Below, in pieces: positions 24,541 to 37,713 of a stretch of 64,000 bases of DNA. The DNA comes from Octopus bimaculoides (Eukaryota). The first letter of the stretch is position 1. Every line of letters starts with the position of its first letter. The stretch spans positions 44,216,174 to 44,280,173 of the forward strand of contig NC_068998.1 in the NCBI RefSeq assembly GCF_001194135.2, given 5' to 3'. Made by a program: the position numbers and the translations under genes. Under the pieces are notes generated by a model. That model was not told where the DNA came from, did not search any database, and saw only the letters and a program-made list of their open reading frames with translations.

Positions 24541-27154
24541 AGTGAAAACAATGCTGGTTGTGAGGGTGGGGTGTTTTATCTGTCTTTTTTTAATTTTTTT
24601 TTTTAATAACTTAATCAGAGAGGGTAGACCCCATACCATACCATTCTCGGGGCCTCCATGACTGACAGAAGAAGGTTGATAGTTATCATCAGAACAGAGA
24701 ATGCAATGGCATTACTTTTTTTGCATCCAAGGGCCGAGTGGTGGTCAAAAGATTAAGTAGGGTGTGAAACGGGACAAGGTAAAACATTGGGTTCTGAACC
24801 TGAATTTTCAGGGTGGGGCCGGAGAATTTGTCTTCAGGATCAATTCCACAAAGTGAAGATAAGAGATTTATGAATCAATTTTTGATAAAATGTACTCAGT
24901 GCTTCAATTATATAATCAACAATTCCAAAATATAGACTAAAATAACTTAACTTTTCAATATCAAGTAGATATTTGAAATCTAAGTCAAATGTTTTAATGC
25001 TTTTAATGGCTTGGAAGCTTGAACTAAATAAGAGTAATGAAAGTGAATGCCCAAGTGGAGAAACAGAGGCCATTATTGTTGCTGTAGAAAAAGAGATAGG
25101 AGACAACACATCTGTAAAGCTGGAGCTTATCTGTGGAAGACTTCACTGGAAGCATTGTTGAATGTGTGTGTGTATTGACTAGGAAACGAAACTGAATATA
25201 TTTCTGAAGATTGGTCCACAAAGTGTGAAATGGTCTGTCAGGAAAACTCCACCTCTTTTATTTCTTCATATCAAAAGCATAGAAAAAAAATGTTATATTT
25301 TTATTTCACAACAATAGCATGGTCCTAGATTTAATTTAAATATGACTACTTCACAATAAGAAATTTTGTTTCTTCAATTCAAAATCTATCTCAGGCAAGT
25401 TGATATCAAAAAGGTTAAACTAAATGCTTATTAATATGTACTAACTACATAAAAGACATTAAACTTATGTTGACAATAGTAACATATTTATTCAGCCATG
25501 TTACCAGTATTACCATTAGTTTTCAGTGCTAAAGTATCTCTTTGTTAACGAAACTGGATTCAAATAAACTCTTTCTGTCGGCAGGGGAAAAAACTGAACG
25601 GCTAAACAAGATCCAAACATTGATTGTTCTCGTTGTTATTGATGTTGTCTTTTGTTTATGGTATTGTTACTGTCGTTGTAGTTGCCGTTATATTCTCACA
25701 TTATTATTACAATTATCAAAGCTTTCATCATGCTTTGTGAAAAATTGCTTTTAAGTTTCAAAATTCATTGTAATACCTGTATCACGATAATTGTCTGACA
25801 TAGAGATGAAAAAAATATATTTAATTCAGGTAGACAGCTGTTAAAAAAAATATCCATCCACAATAGACAATGTGTGGCAATTAAGACGAATGGTAAGCAT
25901 CAGCTCCAGGTAACCAGTGCAGCAGACAAGATGAAGTCTTGTATAAATATAAATTTCTGCTCTATTGTTGAAATACTATTCAACACGTTACACCCCTGTC
26001 CCCAGCTTCACTGCCAGAGGCTGTTATTTTTGGTATTTGCTTCTTTTATTTTATTTGTTTCAAGAAGAATACAGTAAAATAATTTCTAATTTGTTGTCAT
26101 TTCTCACACATTATATTTTGTCCTATTTTCTTTAAAATTTTCTAATATTTTCTTTTATTTTTTAAAAATATTATTTCTATATTTTTTTTTTCTTAGAAAA
26201 TATTATATTTGTTACTTTTTAGAATCTCATTTTTAACATTTTTTGGTTAAAATTTCATTATTATTAGTTTCATTATTGTTGTTGTTGCACTTGTTATTGT
26301 TATAAAAGAAATCATAATTTTAACTATTGTAACTCTAAAATAACAAAAATGATAACAAAAAATAATAATGATAAAACAAGAATAGGAAATTAAGTAAAAA
26401 CCCCAGAAACATGGAATGACTGGAAAAGAAAATATAGAAAAATACTTTGATCAGTTTTGAACATTGAAATAATAATAAATTTGACTATATTGTATTTTGG
26501 TAGAGTTATATTAATAATATATTAAGCATATGCATTAACTGGTATTCACTCCTTCAGTTCTTTTTTTATAATTTAATAGTATCAAAGTTTTTAAGCATGT
26601 GTCTATTACGATTGATAATTGAACTCCATAAGGTATGTAAGGTGTATATGTACATATTTGTGCATATAGCTGTGTTGTTCAGGGAAATGTATTCTATTCA
26701 TTGAATTTACACATTATACAAGGTACCTCTACAACTCCCTCAAGGAGTTGAGGGACCAAAGTAAAGCAAGGCTATTCATTTTACCTGCCTTTGTATGTTG
26801 TGAAAATTGTGGTGAAGGTTGGCTACAAAGACATGGCAATAAAACACAGTTTTTCCACACTGGCAAAGGTTGATAGAATACCCATCAATCATTGCCAGTA
26901 TAAAAAGCAGACAAAAAATAATATTATTATTATGAGGTAGTATTTATCAGAGACTTTCACCTTCCATCTGTAGACACAGTCACTGCTTTTTTTTATTGAG
27001 TCTGTCTTGCTTTTAATTTATAAGATAGATACAGAAAATATTTTATTTTGTTTTCATAGAAATATCTTTAATCTTTATAAAGCAATCTATTGGTTCACCT
27101 TTAAGGTGTTAAAATGGAAAGGAAGTAATTCTCTTCAAGAGTATATCAATTTAT

Positions 27155-27470
27155 TATCATCATTATTTAACGTCTGTTTTTCCATGCTGGCATGGGTTGG
27201 GTAGTTTGACAGGAGCTGACCAGCTGAAAGGCTGCTCAGGCTCCATCTTTGTTTTAGCATGGTTTCTGTGGTTAGATGCCCTTCCTAACACCAACCACTT
27301 TACAAAGTGTACTGGGTGCTTTTTACACGGCACTGACAAGCGTGATTTTTACAAGGCACCAGCACCTACAAGCCTGCAAGATTAGGGTTGCTCAGCTGGA
27401 GAGGGCTGCAGGGTATGATCCTGTATGCAAGAGCGATCACGCTTTTACTTAGCTTGGCATGTTTTTTTCA
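27155..27470 (-). mobile_element. SINE family C copy (diverged)
   Basis: TCATCATTATTTAACGTCTGTTTTTCCATGCTGGCATGGGTTGG...GATGCCCTTCCTAACACCAACCAC. Confidence 0.8.
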
Positions 27471-29404
27471 AGTTGAGGAAAACTATGTGGAAGCCTTCCA
27501 TTGAGTATTGTTTAATTAATTATGAGTTGTCAAAAGCAGAAAAATACAAATTAGTTATTTACTTTGGTGTTGCTTCATATTGTAGCTAAAATTCTATTCC
27601 ATTGACTAGAAAAAAAGAACTTAGTATATTTCTGAAGAGCAGCCAATACAGCATGAAACGGTCTGTCAGGAGACTTCCAAATCCCTTTTTCTTCACATCA
27701 AAATCATAGAAGAGAATGTTACATTCTTATTTCATAAACAGCAGAACTTTGTGATGTGTATGTATGTGTGTGTGTGTCTCCCCAAAACTGCTCAATGACC
27801 AGTGTTGTTTTTTTTATGTCTCCATAACCTACCTGTGAGAAAAGAATGGAACCAACAGTATAAGTCCAAGAAATAAAGTATGAAGAGTAAATTAAAGTAA
27901 CTCTAAACTCTACTTTACAGATGTGTATCTGTTTCATGAATTGTTGTTTTGTAACCTCTCCAAGAACTCTATATTCATAAAATCTTGTTTGAATGTTCAT
28001 GCTTTATGTTTTATAATGCCTTGTGTTTTCATTGTGCCTTGCCAAAATTTTGCTTTTATATAGTGTATGTAACGTGCAAGGCATCCTAGCTCTCTCACAA
28101 GTGACATGTACAATGAAGGAATGGAAACTTTGCATTGCCTAGCTGCTTACAAATAAGGTGGAAATAAGTGGTTCAATCAATCACTCAATCAATAAATCAT
28201 TTAATAAATAGATAAATAAATAAATAAATAAACTACTCAATCAATAAATCAGTCATTTTTTTTCTGTCCTGTTGTTTATCCTTTATCCTTTATCCTGTTT
28301 GGTTCAGAGTTTGCTGATAAGACCGAGGTGTCACTTCATTTGACATTGACCTATCACTTATAGATGGATAGAAAGATTTATTTCCATGCCATAAGGAAGA
28401 TGGTGATAGAAGGCAAATTTGAGCTCAGAATGCCAAAAGCCAGGATAGATACCATCAGGAATATCATCTGATACTTAACAAATTCCACTGGCTTGCTGCT
28501 CTGAATTGGTAGCTTATTTACCAAACCTGGAACAATGAAAAGCAATGTTGGTTCCAGTAGATTTGAACTTTGACTACTGGAAAAATATTGTAACACATTC
28601 TGTCTGACATTCCAACAAATCTACTAATTTGTCACCTCAATCAACCAAGTAATAAATATATCGTAAATAAATAAATAAATTAATAAGTCACTTAAATATA
28701 TCTCATAGTAAATAAATAAATAAATTAGTCAACCAATAAATCAATCAGTCAATAAATATATCATTTAATGAACATTTAAATTAATCAACCAAGAAATCAA
28801 TCGCTCAATAAATCAATATTTCACCCAAGTAGGATGAACAGAATCAGTTATTAATCTAATCAAATTTCTCAAGCAAAAAAGTGATGTGATTGTTAGACTT
28901 GAAAAGAATTGTTGCTTAAGATTTAGTTTTTATAGGATTTGAACTCAGAGCTAGAAGTTTACAAAAATTCTAGTCAATATTGCAAGTCTTCTTTTTTTAG
29001 CTGTTATTTAACTTTAGGTCAGCAATAATTGAGCAGATCTATCATAACAGGTGTTCCAGTCATGACATTCTCTTCTGTTATTCACTTTTTCAAAGACTCA
29101 AAAGTGATCAGCATTTTTTAAAGACAGAAGGATGTGATTTTACGAGATTTTGCTGGGGGTTTTTTCCAACAGATTGAGCAAACATGTAGAAATCTCATCA
29201 TTGTTTACAGCTAATAGGAAGAGGTCCTTTAAAAGTTAACTCTCTTTGCCATTGGCACTATTCACCTCAGGCAAAATCAAGTGCACTAACAACAATAGTG
29301 TAGCAAAGATATTCTAAGATAACATTATTATATTTCATATAAGACATGGTTGTGAATGAGTGAAGCAACAGGCAAAATACCTTGCAATATATAACTATAT
29401 TTCT

Positions 29405-29577
29405 TATATACGATGGGCTTCTTTTAGTTTCCATCTACTAAATCCACTCACAAAACTTTGGTTGGCCTGAGGCCATAATAGAAGATATTTGTCGAAGGTG
29501 CCATGCAGTGGGACTGAACCTGGAACCATGTTGTTTGGAAACAAGCTTCTGACCACACAGCCACACCTACGCCTTTA
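29405..29577 (-). mobile_element. SINE family B, 5' half
   Basis: CGATGGGCTTCTTTTAGTTTCC...GGGACTGAACC...CCACACAGCCAC. Confidence 0.85.
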
Positions 29578-30109
29578 ATTTCCTTCAATAAAGACCATAT
29601 TTTCAAAGGAGACACATATGTACACATATACCCGTGGATACTCGTACATATATATAGACATACCCCAAGGATATTACTGGTAGTTACTTTATAATTAAAA
29701 GTAATTTCGGTCGATGACAAACTAAGTTGACTTATGTGGGATTTGAACACAAAAATGTCGACAGGCAAGACTAAATTTTGCACTGCATTCAGTGAATTCA
29801 CTCCACAGATTTTATTTATCAATCTTAACTGACCTGTATTCATCGAGCATTATTAGAATGCAATAACGAGACAAAAATTGGGGAGAAAATTAAATGCAGA
29901 TTGTGGTAATTAAAAATTTTATACTTGTACTAAAACATTCTCTTTGTAAATATATAGCGAAAGTCATTACAATATTAGCAATTTATTAATTGTTGCATTT
30001 AATGAAAATCTGCTATTTAAAATAAATTAAAAACAACAAAAAAAAAATCAATGATATAATTTCCCAATTCAATTTCACTTTGGTAAGATTTCAATTAAAA
30101 TGTAAAATC

Positions 30110-30254
30110 AACATACATACACATCTGTGTTTGTATGCATATGTGTATACACACACACACAAGCATGCACATACATATGTACACATATACACATGCACAC
30201 ACACACATACATATATATAGACATATGCATATATATTATGTATATATACATATA

Positions 30255-30314
<60 letters not shown>

Positions 30315-30379
30315 TTCATATATATAGCCATATAGGCAACACACATGCACACATATATATGCATATGTGTGTGTGTACA

Positions 30380-30431
<52 letters not shown>

Positions 30432-30450
30432 TACATACACACACACACAC
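30110..30450. repeat. (CA)n/(TA)n compound microsatellite
   Basis: Direct reading. Confidence 0.95.
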
Positions 30451-31019
30451 AACTCAGCTATAGCAACAAAACCAAACACAATCCTATATTCTGGAATCAA
30501 GGATGAAAGCCAAGCAAATAAATGCATTTATTGAAGTAATTGAGAAAATAGAATTACTTTTGAAAATTAATAAATCCACTTCAATTTTAATTTTTACAAT
30601 GAAACAACACTTTTCCTGTTTATGCGGGTTTTTATTTTTTTTCTTAATTATTTCCTCAACTACATTTCTAAATTTTGATTCTTCTTCCTGCGGCATCAAA
30701 CTAATTTTGGACAGCAGACAGTATGTAGGTGGAGAGATGATAGTGGAGTTAGATTTTCTAAGAAATTCTATGGAAACCGTATTCTGAAAAGACATTATAG
30801 TTTACGTTTGTTGCTGTTGTTTAGCTTAAGGTTAATCCTGCTCATATAGGACTGACAATAACCAAAGTATTCCAGCCATGACCATCCTGTCTTCCTTTTC
30901 TTTTGCTATAACAAACCCCTGTGACTAAGGCATCTAGTTTAATTTAATTTTTTTTGTTATGCTTTGCTTTGGAAAGCAGGTTTGGTTTATAAGATTATAG
31001 TTAGCTGTCATTTGTTTAC

Positions 31020-31320
31020 AAGTATGGCTTAGTGGTTAGTGGTAGTTGGCTCATGATTATAAGGTTGTGAGTTCGATATCTGATGGTGCACTGTGTTCTT
31101 GAGTAAGACACTTTATTTCATGTTGCTTCAGTCCACTCAGTTGTCAAAAATCAGTTGTACCTGTAATTCAAAGGGCCAGGCTTAACACATTCTATGTCAT
31201 GCTTAATCTCTCTGAAAAACTATTTTAAGGGTGTGCATGTTTGTGGAGCACTCAACCATTTGTATGTTAATTTCATGAGCAGGCTGTTCCACTGATCAGA
31301 TCAACTGGAATGCACAGCAG
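31020..31320 (+). mobile_element. SINE family D copy
   Basis: TGGCTTAGTGG A-box, GTTCGATATC B-box, CTTGAGTAAGACACTTTATTTCATGTTGCT CORE-like block; homologous to 48945-49255. Confidence 0.8.
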
Positions 31321-32654
31321 TGTAGCCAATAGAGTGTTAGTTAGGTATGACTTGGTAACGTGTACCATGCCTTCACTAATTACTTTAGGTGATTATGTAG
31401 TAATTGGAAAATTTACACAGCTTCACATGATGCTCCTGCCCCAACTTTTGATCCTAGTGGAATATCAAGGATGGAAAAGCTGCAGGGAGAGAGGGTTACA
31501 TAAGCTCCTAGCTGCTACTCATTACAGCTGAGTAGATGAAGCAATGTGATATGAATAGCTTTTATGTACCATGTACCTTCACAGTTTGTGTGCATTTCAT
31601 TGATACTTCTAGCAAGTTGAATGACCTTATAGAAGTTAGAAAATTACTATTTGTAAATCTCACAATGAGAGATATTCAGCAACAGTACTTTGGAGTAAAA
31701 ATGATCTACTAACAGAACATGGCAGTCGTGGTTTAGGACGAATGTTGCTGTAATTTAGCCCCAGGAGACATCGTCTCCAGCTGGCTGTACGACATGGTCT
31801 GTGTCCTTAAATTTTCAAACAAGGGAACCTAGCACCAATAGAAGTTCTCTTATTGGTGTTAATGGTGATAGGAATGTCGAGAACTACATTGTCCAATGCG
31901 TTCTTTTCTTACATATGTGTGAGATACAAAGGTATGATATGAGGGAGATTTGTCTATTATTTCTTGCAAGATGGGTTACAGGTACAATATATTTGTTCAT
32001 GTTTTATCGTGGAATTAAAACTTTCACAGAATTAAACTTTAATGCATAGGATAAAGATAAGAGAAGACATACAAATCTTTCTAAAATCAACAATAATCTT
32101 TGAATATAATTTAAATCTCTTGCATTTATGTATTTATTGCTGAAATTTATTCTTTTCTTTGGCAATAGACATTTTTTTTCTTTGTAAATGCTGTTTCAGT
32201 TGTTTTATATTAGTAAAAAAAATATCTCAAATTAATTAGACCTGGTATATTTTTGTGCTTGCTTCATTGATTAGAGAGAAATGAAAGGTAAATTTACCTA
32301 AGGTAAATTTACCTAAGGTAAAATTTGAACTCACACAGTGAAGCAACCAAGAGCAAGTGAGAGGGAGCCTAAATGTGGTCACTCACATAGCTAGAAATAG
32401 CAGCCAAAGTTACTCTCCTCAAACTACAACTCCCTACCTAAAGATAGAAGGAAACAATGGATAATGTAATCTTGGATATATTACCAGAAAAAGTGAGATG
32501 GCTATGGTTGGATCATTTTGGTCAGAGTTCTGTTCGATCATTGCCTGGAATCAAACACCAATTGTCAAACACCTGGTGCTATATTGTTTCTTCCAGCTTG
32601 CTCCACTTTTTGACATTAATATATGAATATATCTTAAAGATCATCCTAAGAATC

Positions 32655-33124
32655 ATCATCATCATCATCGTCATAGTTGTTTAATGTCTGCTTTCCATGC
32701 TGGCATGGGTTGGATGGTTCGGCTGAAAACTGGCAAGCCAGGAGGCTGGACCAGGCTCCAGTCTGATTTGGAAAGGTTTCTGCAGTTGGATGCCCTTCCT
32801 AACACCAACCACTCTGAGAGTGCAGTGGGTGCTTTTACGTGCCACCAGCACTGGAGCCAGGCAGGTGGCACTGGCATTGGCCATGCTCAAATGGTGCTTT
32901 TTATGTGCTAATCAGGCAGCACTGGCATCAGTCATGCTTGAATAGTGTTTTTTATATGTCACTGGCATGGGTGTCAGTCAGGCGATACTGGCACCTGTCA
33001 TGCTTGTATGGTGCTTTTTATGTGCCACCGGCACAGGTACCAGTCAGGCAGCACTGGCATCAGCTATGCTTGAATGGTGGTTTTTACATGCAACCAGCAC
33101 AGGTGCCAGTCAGGCAGCACTGGA
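32655..33124 (-). mobile_element. SINE family C copy with about four internal 66-bp repeats
   Basis: Family C 3' end at 32655-32850; TCAGGC unit starts at 32912, 32978, 33044 and 33110 (period 66). Confidence 0.85.
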
Positions 33125-33167
33125 TACATTGATATATTATTTTAGGGAGACTTTTTCTGTAAGAGAT

Positions 33168-33360
33168 TAAGCTGACAGAATTTTTAGCATGTCAGGCAAA
33201 GGTTTAGCAACATTTGGTCCATTTTTACATTCTGAGTTGAAATTCCCTGAGGCTGGATTTGCCTTTGATCTTCTCAGGGTCAATAAGCATAGGGGGTGGG
33301 CAATATCATTGATTTTCCCACACCTGAAAGTTGCTGGCATTGTGCCAAAATAAGAAAGGA
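33168..33360 (+). mobile_element. SINE family A copy (diverged)
   Basis: AAGCTGACAGAA...CATTCTGAGTTGAAATTCC...TGTGCCAAAATAAG. Confidence 0.7.
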
Positions 33361-34686
33361 TTTTAGGAATATTTGGTTACCTTTGATCAGGTCATCTCTG
33401 ATCATAGGTCAGAGCTGGGTAGGGGTTTAGCATTACTACCAACAACAACAGCAGCAACAATATTGGCTTTTAACTTTAATTGTCACTGTTAATCCTATTT
33501 TCAGTTCCAAAACAGATTACTTTTTGAAATAAATTAAATCAATCAGCTAATCAATAAATCAATATATATTTATCTCAAGTGTGAAAACATAAAATTGACT
33601 GACTTTGCCTTGTCCAATTAACAAAAGTATTAATCAATGAATGATTAGAGTTCAGTGAGTACAGTGTCTCTATTGAGTTTATCTAAACCATAAGCATTGT
33701 GTCAATTAAGCTCTGCCCTTCTAGTTGTAATTTAACACCAGGCCATCCAGAACAGTACTATGATCATAAATATTCCACCTGTTACCAACCTATATAATCT
33801 TTTCTACTTTTCTACTCTAGGCACAAGGCCCAACCAACCTACATAATAAATCCCAAAGTTCCTTTCCTTATGATAGACAATAGTGTGATTTTGGATGTGT
33901 TAGGTTTATATTTCTAGCTGGTTAAGCAATCATGCAGAAACTCTCTTCTTAGCTCACCCTGCCCTTTTATTTCAACAATATATACAGTATATGTGTTGAA
34001 TGCTGTTAGTGTATGATAATAGCTGTTCCAGTAGAAAAGAAACAAGCAAAACATAGACAAAAGTGGTGAAGCTAATGACTAAGCTTGACTGATTGATGTA
34101 TAGTGCTTGCGTAAACTGACAACAAACTGATATAATATAGATAGAGAGACAGAAACATAGATAGATGGATTGATTGACAGACAGATGGATGGATTGAATA
34201 AGTAGATAAGGTGAGAGATAAAGGGAAAGGTAGAGACACAGATAGTCATGTTGGTGAGTATGTAAATAATCAAATAGAATGGTAGGAAGATAGAGTAGTA
34301 GGTAAAATATTCAATATTGCTTATAATGAGGATAAAAAACAAAAAACAAAAAAATCTCAACAATATAATTCAACTAACTTTATATTGCATGCTGGATGTA
34401 AAATATATAAGTTTGATTTTCCAGAAATAATTTTAGATAAATCTTGTACAATATTTTTATTATATTTTAATGTTATATATTTCTTAAAACTTCATTTTAA
34501 ATCTTTGCTTTTATTTTTGTTTTCATTTCTTCTTTGAGCTTCTAATGTTTCATTTTTTTTTTTTTGTTATTGTTGATTTGTCTCTAAATCATATCTACTT
34601 ACTATGTCATTGAGGAGAGAGAGAGAGAATTTTTATTTTTGCTTTTGACTACTATCCTCGTTGAAGGAGCTTCTACTTGAGGGTCA

Positions 34687-34725
<39 letters not shown>

Positions 34726-34949
34726 GTGATGATAATCATTTAGAATATTTTCCATTTACCAAGTTAATAAACTACAAGAAATACTTGAGATTCTCATTGA
34801 CGAAATCATCTCAGATTAATTTTCACTCTTTTAAGCTTTTAGCCACACACCCATCTATATACACATAGATATAAAAGCACGCACATAAACTACACCACAT
34901 GACAAACAAACACATGCATGTTTTGTGTGGGCAAATGTATATATCAGTA

Positions 34950-35470
<521 letters not shown>

Positions 35471-36176
35471 AGATGCATACAATCAGAAATAAAAGCACTC
35501 ATTCAAACAAAGATGTTAGAAATGGATATATGCATATGTGTGTGTATGCATGAATATGTTGTTTTAATGTATGCACATGCATTGTGTATTTCTGTGTGTT
35601 TCATCATAGCTTTTATATTTATTCAACTGATACACACTTACTCATCAATCTATCTATGTATCCAACCCAACCGACCACCACCCACATAAAACACTCACAA
35701 ACATGTTTGTGTCTGTGTGTGTTTACATGTGCATATGAATATATACATAGATAAATGTATATGAGCATGTGTGTATATATATGCATGTGTATATATGAGT
35801 GTGTGTATATAAGTGTATATGTGTCTGCACACACATATATGTGTGTGTGTGTGCATATATATATATATATATATACACACATACATATGTGTGTGTAATC
35901 TGTGTGATAACCTTATAATATGCTTTACAAAGCTCCCCTTCAGGTATTGGCTAACAAATGTTATACAGTTACAAATATCCATAGTGTAATCAAGAAAATT
36001 TCAATATGGATTGAACAGGTTTTATTTCATATCACTAGAATTCTTTCAACGCACCATCATCAAATTTTATTGAGAAATGTTGCATATATTATACACAATA
36101 TTGTATTAATATGATTCAACAATAGCTGTATACATGTGCACCTTTAGATGACCAGAGTCAAAAGTCTGCAGCTTAT

Positions 36177-36211
<35 letters not shown>

Positions 36212-36270
36212 CACACACACACATATATGCATACATACGTGTAAGTGTACTTTTGTATACACATATGCAT

Positions 36271-36328
36271 TTATCACAATTGTCCAATGAACGGTAATGT
36301 GAAACTCTGAGTAACACTTCTGTGATAA
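36271..36328 (+). ncRNA. Degenerate type I hammerhead ribozyme motif (Penelope-like), probably inactive
   Basis: Helix I TTATCACAATTGT/ACACTTCTGTGATAA; core CCAATGA (consensus CUGANGA); helix II AC-GGTAAT-GT; GAAA; helix III ACTC-T-GAGT; GUA cleavage triplet at 36311-36313. Confidence 0.55.
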
Positions 36329-36450
36329 TTTTGCAGCTTTAATAACAAATACATATATGATGCATATATATGTGTATGTATATATATACATAAATATATA
36401 AATACATATATGTATCTCCATGTATATGTATATATATTTTTATGTATGTG

Positions 36451-36513
<63 letters not shown>

Positions 36514-37222
36514 AGAGAAATATGTGATATTTGATGGGGAATAGTATTACATTCATGAAATATATATAACAGAAGGAGAAAACAGGATATTACATCACAG
36601 CCATCATTGTGATATCATGGTTATCATTGAGAATGTGAGATATCTTTACAGTGATGAGAAATAAAATAACAGATATATACTGCATGTTAAGGCTCTTCAC
36701 AATGTCACTTAGTCTATAAACTTGTTTTTTATTCCTTTGCCCCAAGTACTTTTGAAACTTTTTTTTTCCCATGTATTTGTTATATTTCCTTTTGCTGATT
36801 GAATATTATCATGTAGGGTCCTCTGTAAGGTAACATGTAGCAATGTTTTATATCCACAGTTTCGTAACATATTCATCATAATTTTCTTTCTTATCATTAT
36901 AATTAAAGCAATTTTTTTTTTTTAGTGTCAGCTTGGGTCTGTTGTTATTTGGTGTGACCACTCTTCCAGATGGGGCAGGAATAATTTGTGTGTGTGAGCA
37001 AGCACATAAGTGCAAAATCCAAAAAGAGAAATTAGCACTCAATAACATGGGCTGAGTCAAATATTAAATTTTAATTCAAATCTAATGTGACCAATCTTGA
37101 TCAAAAATATAATACTTACTCATAATTTATGCAGTGTTTTATCATCAATAATATTTTAAATATACCTCTATCTCAATTTACCTGTCTATCAAAATATACA
37201 CATGCACTCACACACGCATATA

Positions 37223-37713
37223 CAAGGTGTATAAGATACTTGAGGACACATTTATGTTTATTAAAAAAATTATATATAATAGATAATAATTTTATATGTC
37301 AAAAAATGCTATGAGGATAAAAATAAACCTTCTTTTCTATAATGTTATTCAATAAAGCCACCTTCAACTTCAACAACTGCTTCTATATAAGATCTAAATC
37401 ATCTACACGCTTGAATCAAGTGGTCCTGGTTCATTTTGACTATGGCAGCTCTCAAAGAATCATTGGTGTTATGGGTGTGTTCATTGACCTCTCTTGCAAC
37501 AATGCTCCACATGTAATGTTCCAATGGATTGAGATCTGCAGAATTAGGAGGCCAAATGTTAGGGGTTATGTGATCATGAAACTTTTCAGCCATCCAATCC
37601 TGTGTTACTTGAGTCATGTGTGATAGTGCAGAGTCATACTGAAACACATATGGCCTTCCATTGCATACACTGTCTATCCAGAGCTTAACAATTATTCCCA
37701 GGACCTCAATGTA
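37223..37713 (-). pseudogene. Tc1/mariner transposase remnant (C-terminal catalytic part) plus terminus
   Basis: Translates YIEVLGIIVKLWIDSVCNGRPYVFQYDSALSH...WPPNSADLNPLEHYMWSIV...ACR*FRSYIEAVVEVEGGFIE* (37713-37345); TA-CAAGGTGT terminus-like motif at 37221. Confidence 0.9.

Noticed and set aside
24973-25161. 62-aa ORF in a non-repeat-looking segment
   Set aside because: No splice signals or domain; flanks look like a degraded DNA transposon.
31020-31090. tRNA genes (also 12578, 14446, 48945, 55700-55783)
   Set aside because: A/B boxes are present but no complete cloverleaf; each continues into a SINE body.
32857-33124. CRISPR-like regularly spaced repeats
   Set aside because: The whole 66-bp unit is repeated with no unique spacers, there are no cas genes, and it sits inside a SINE.
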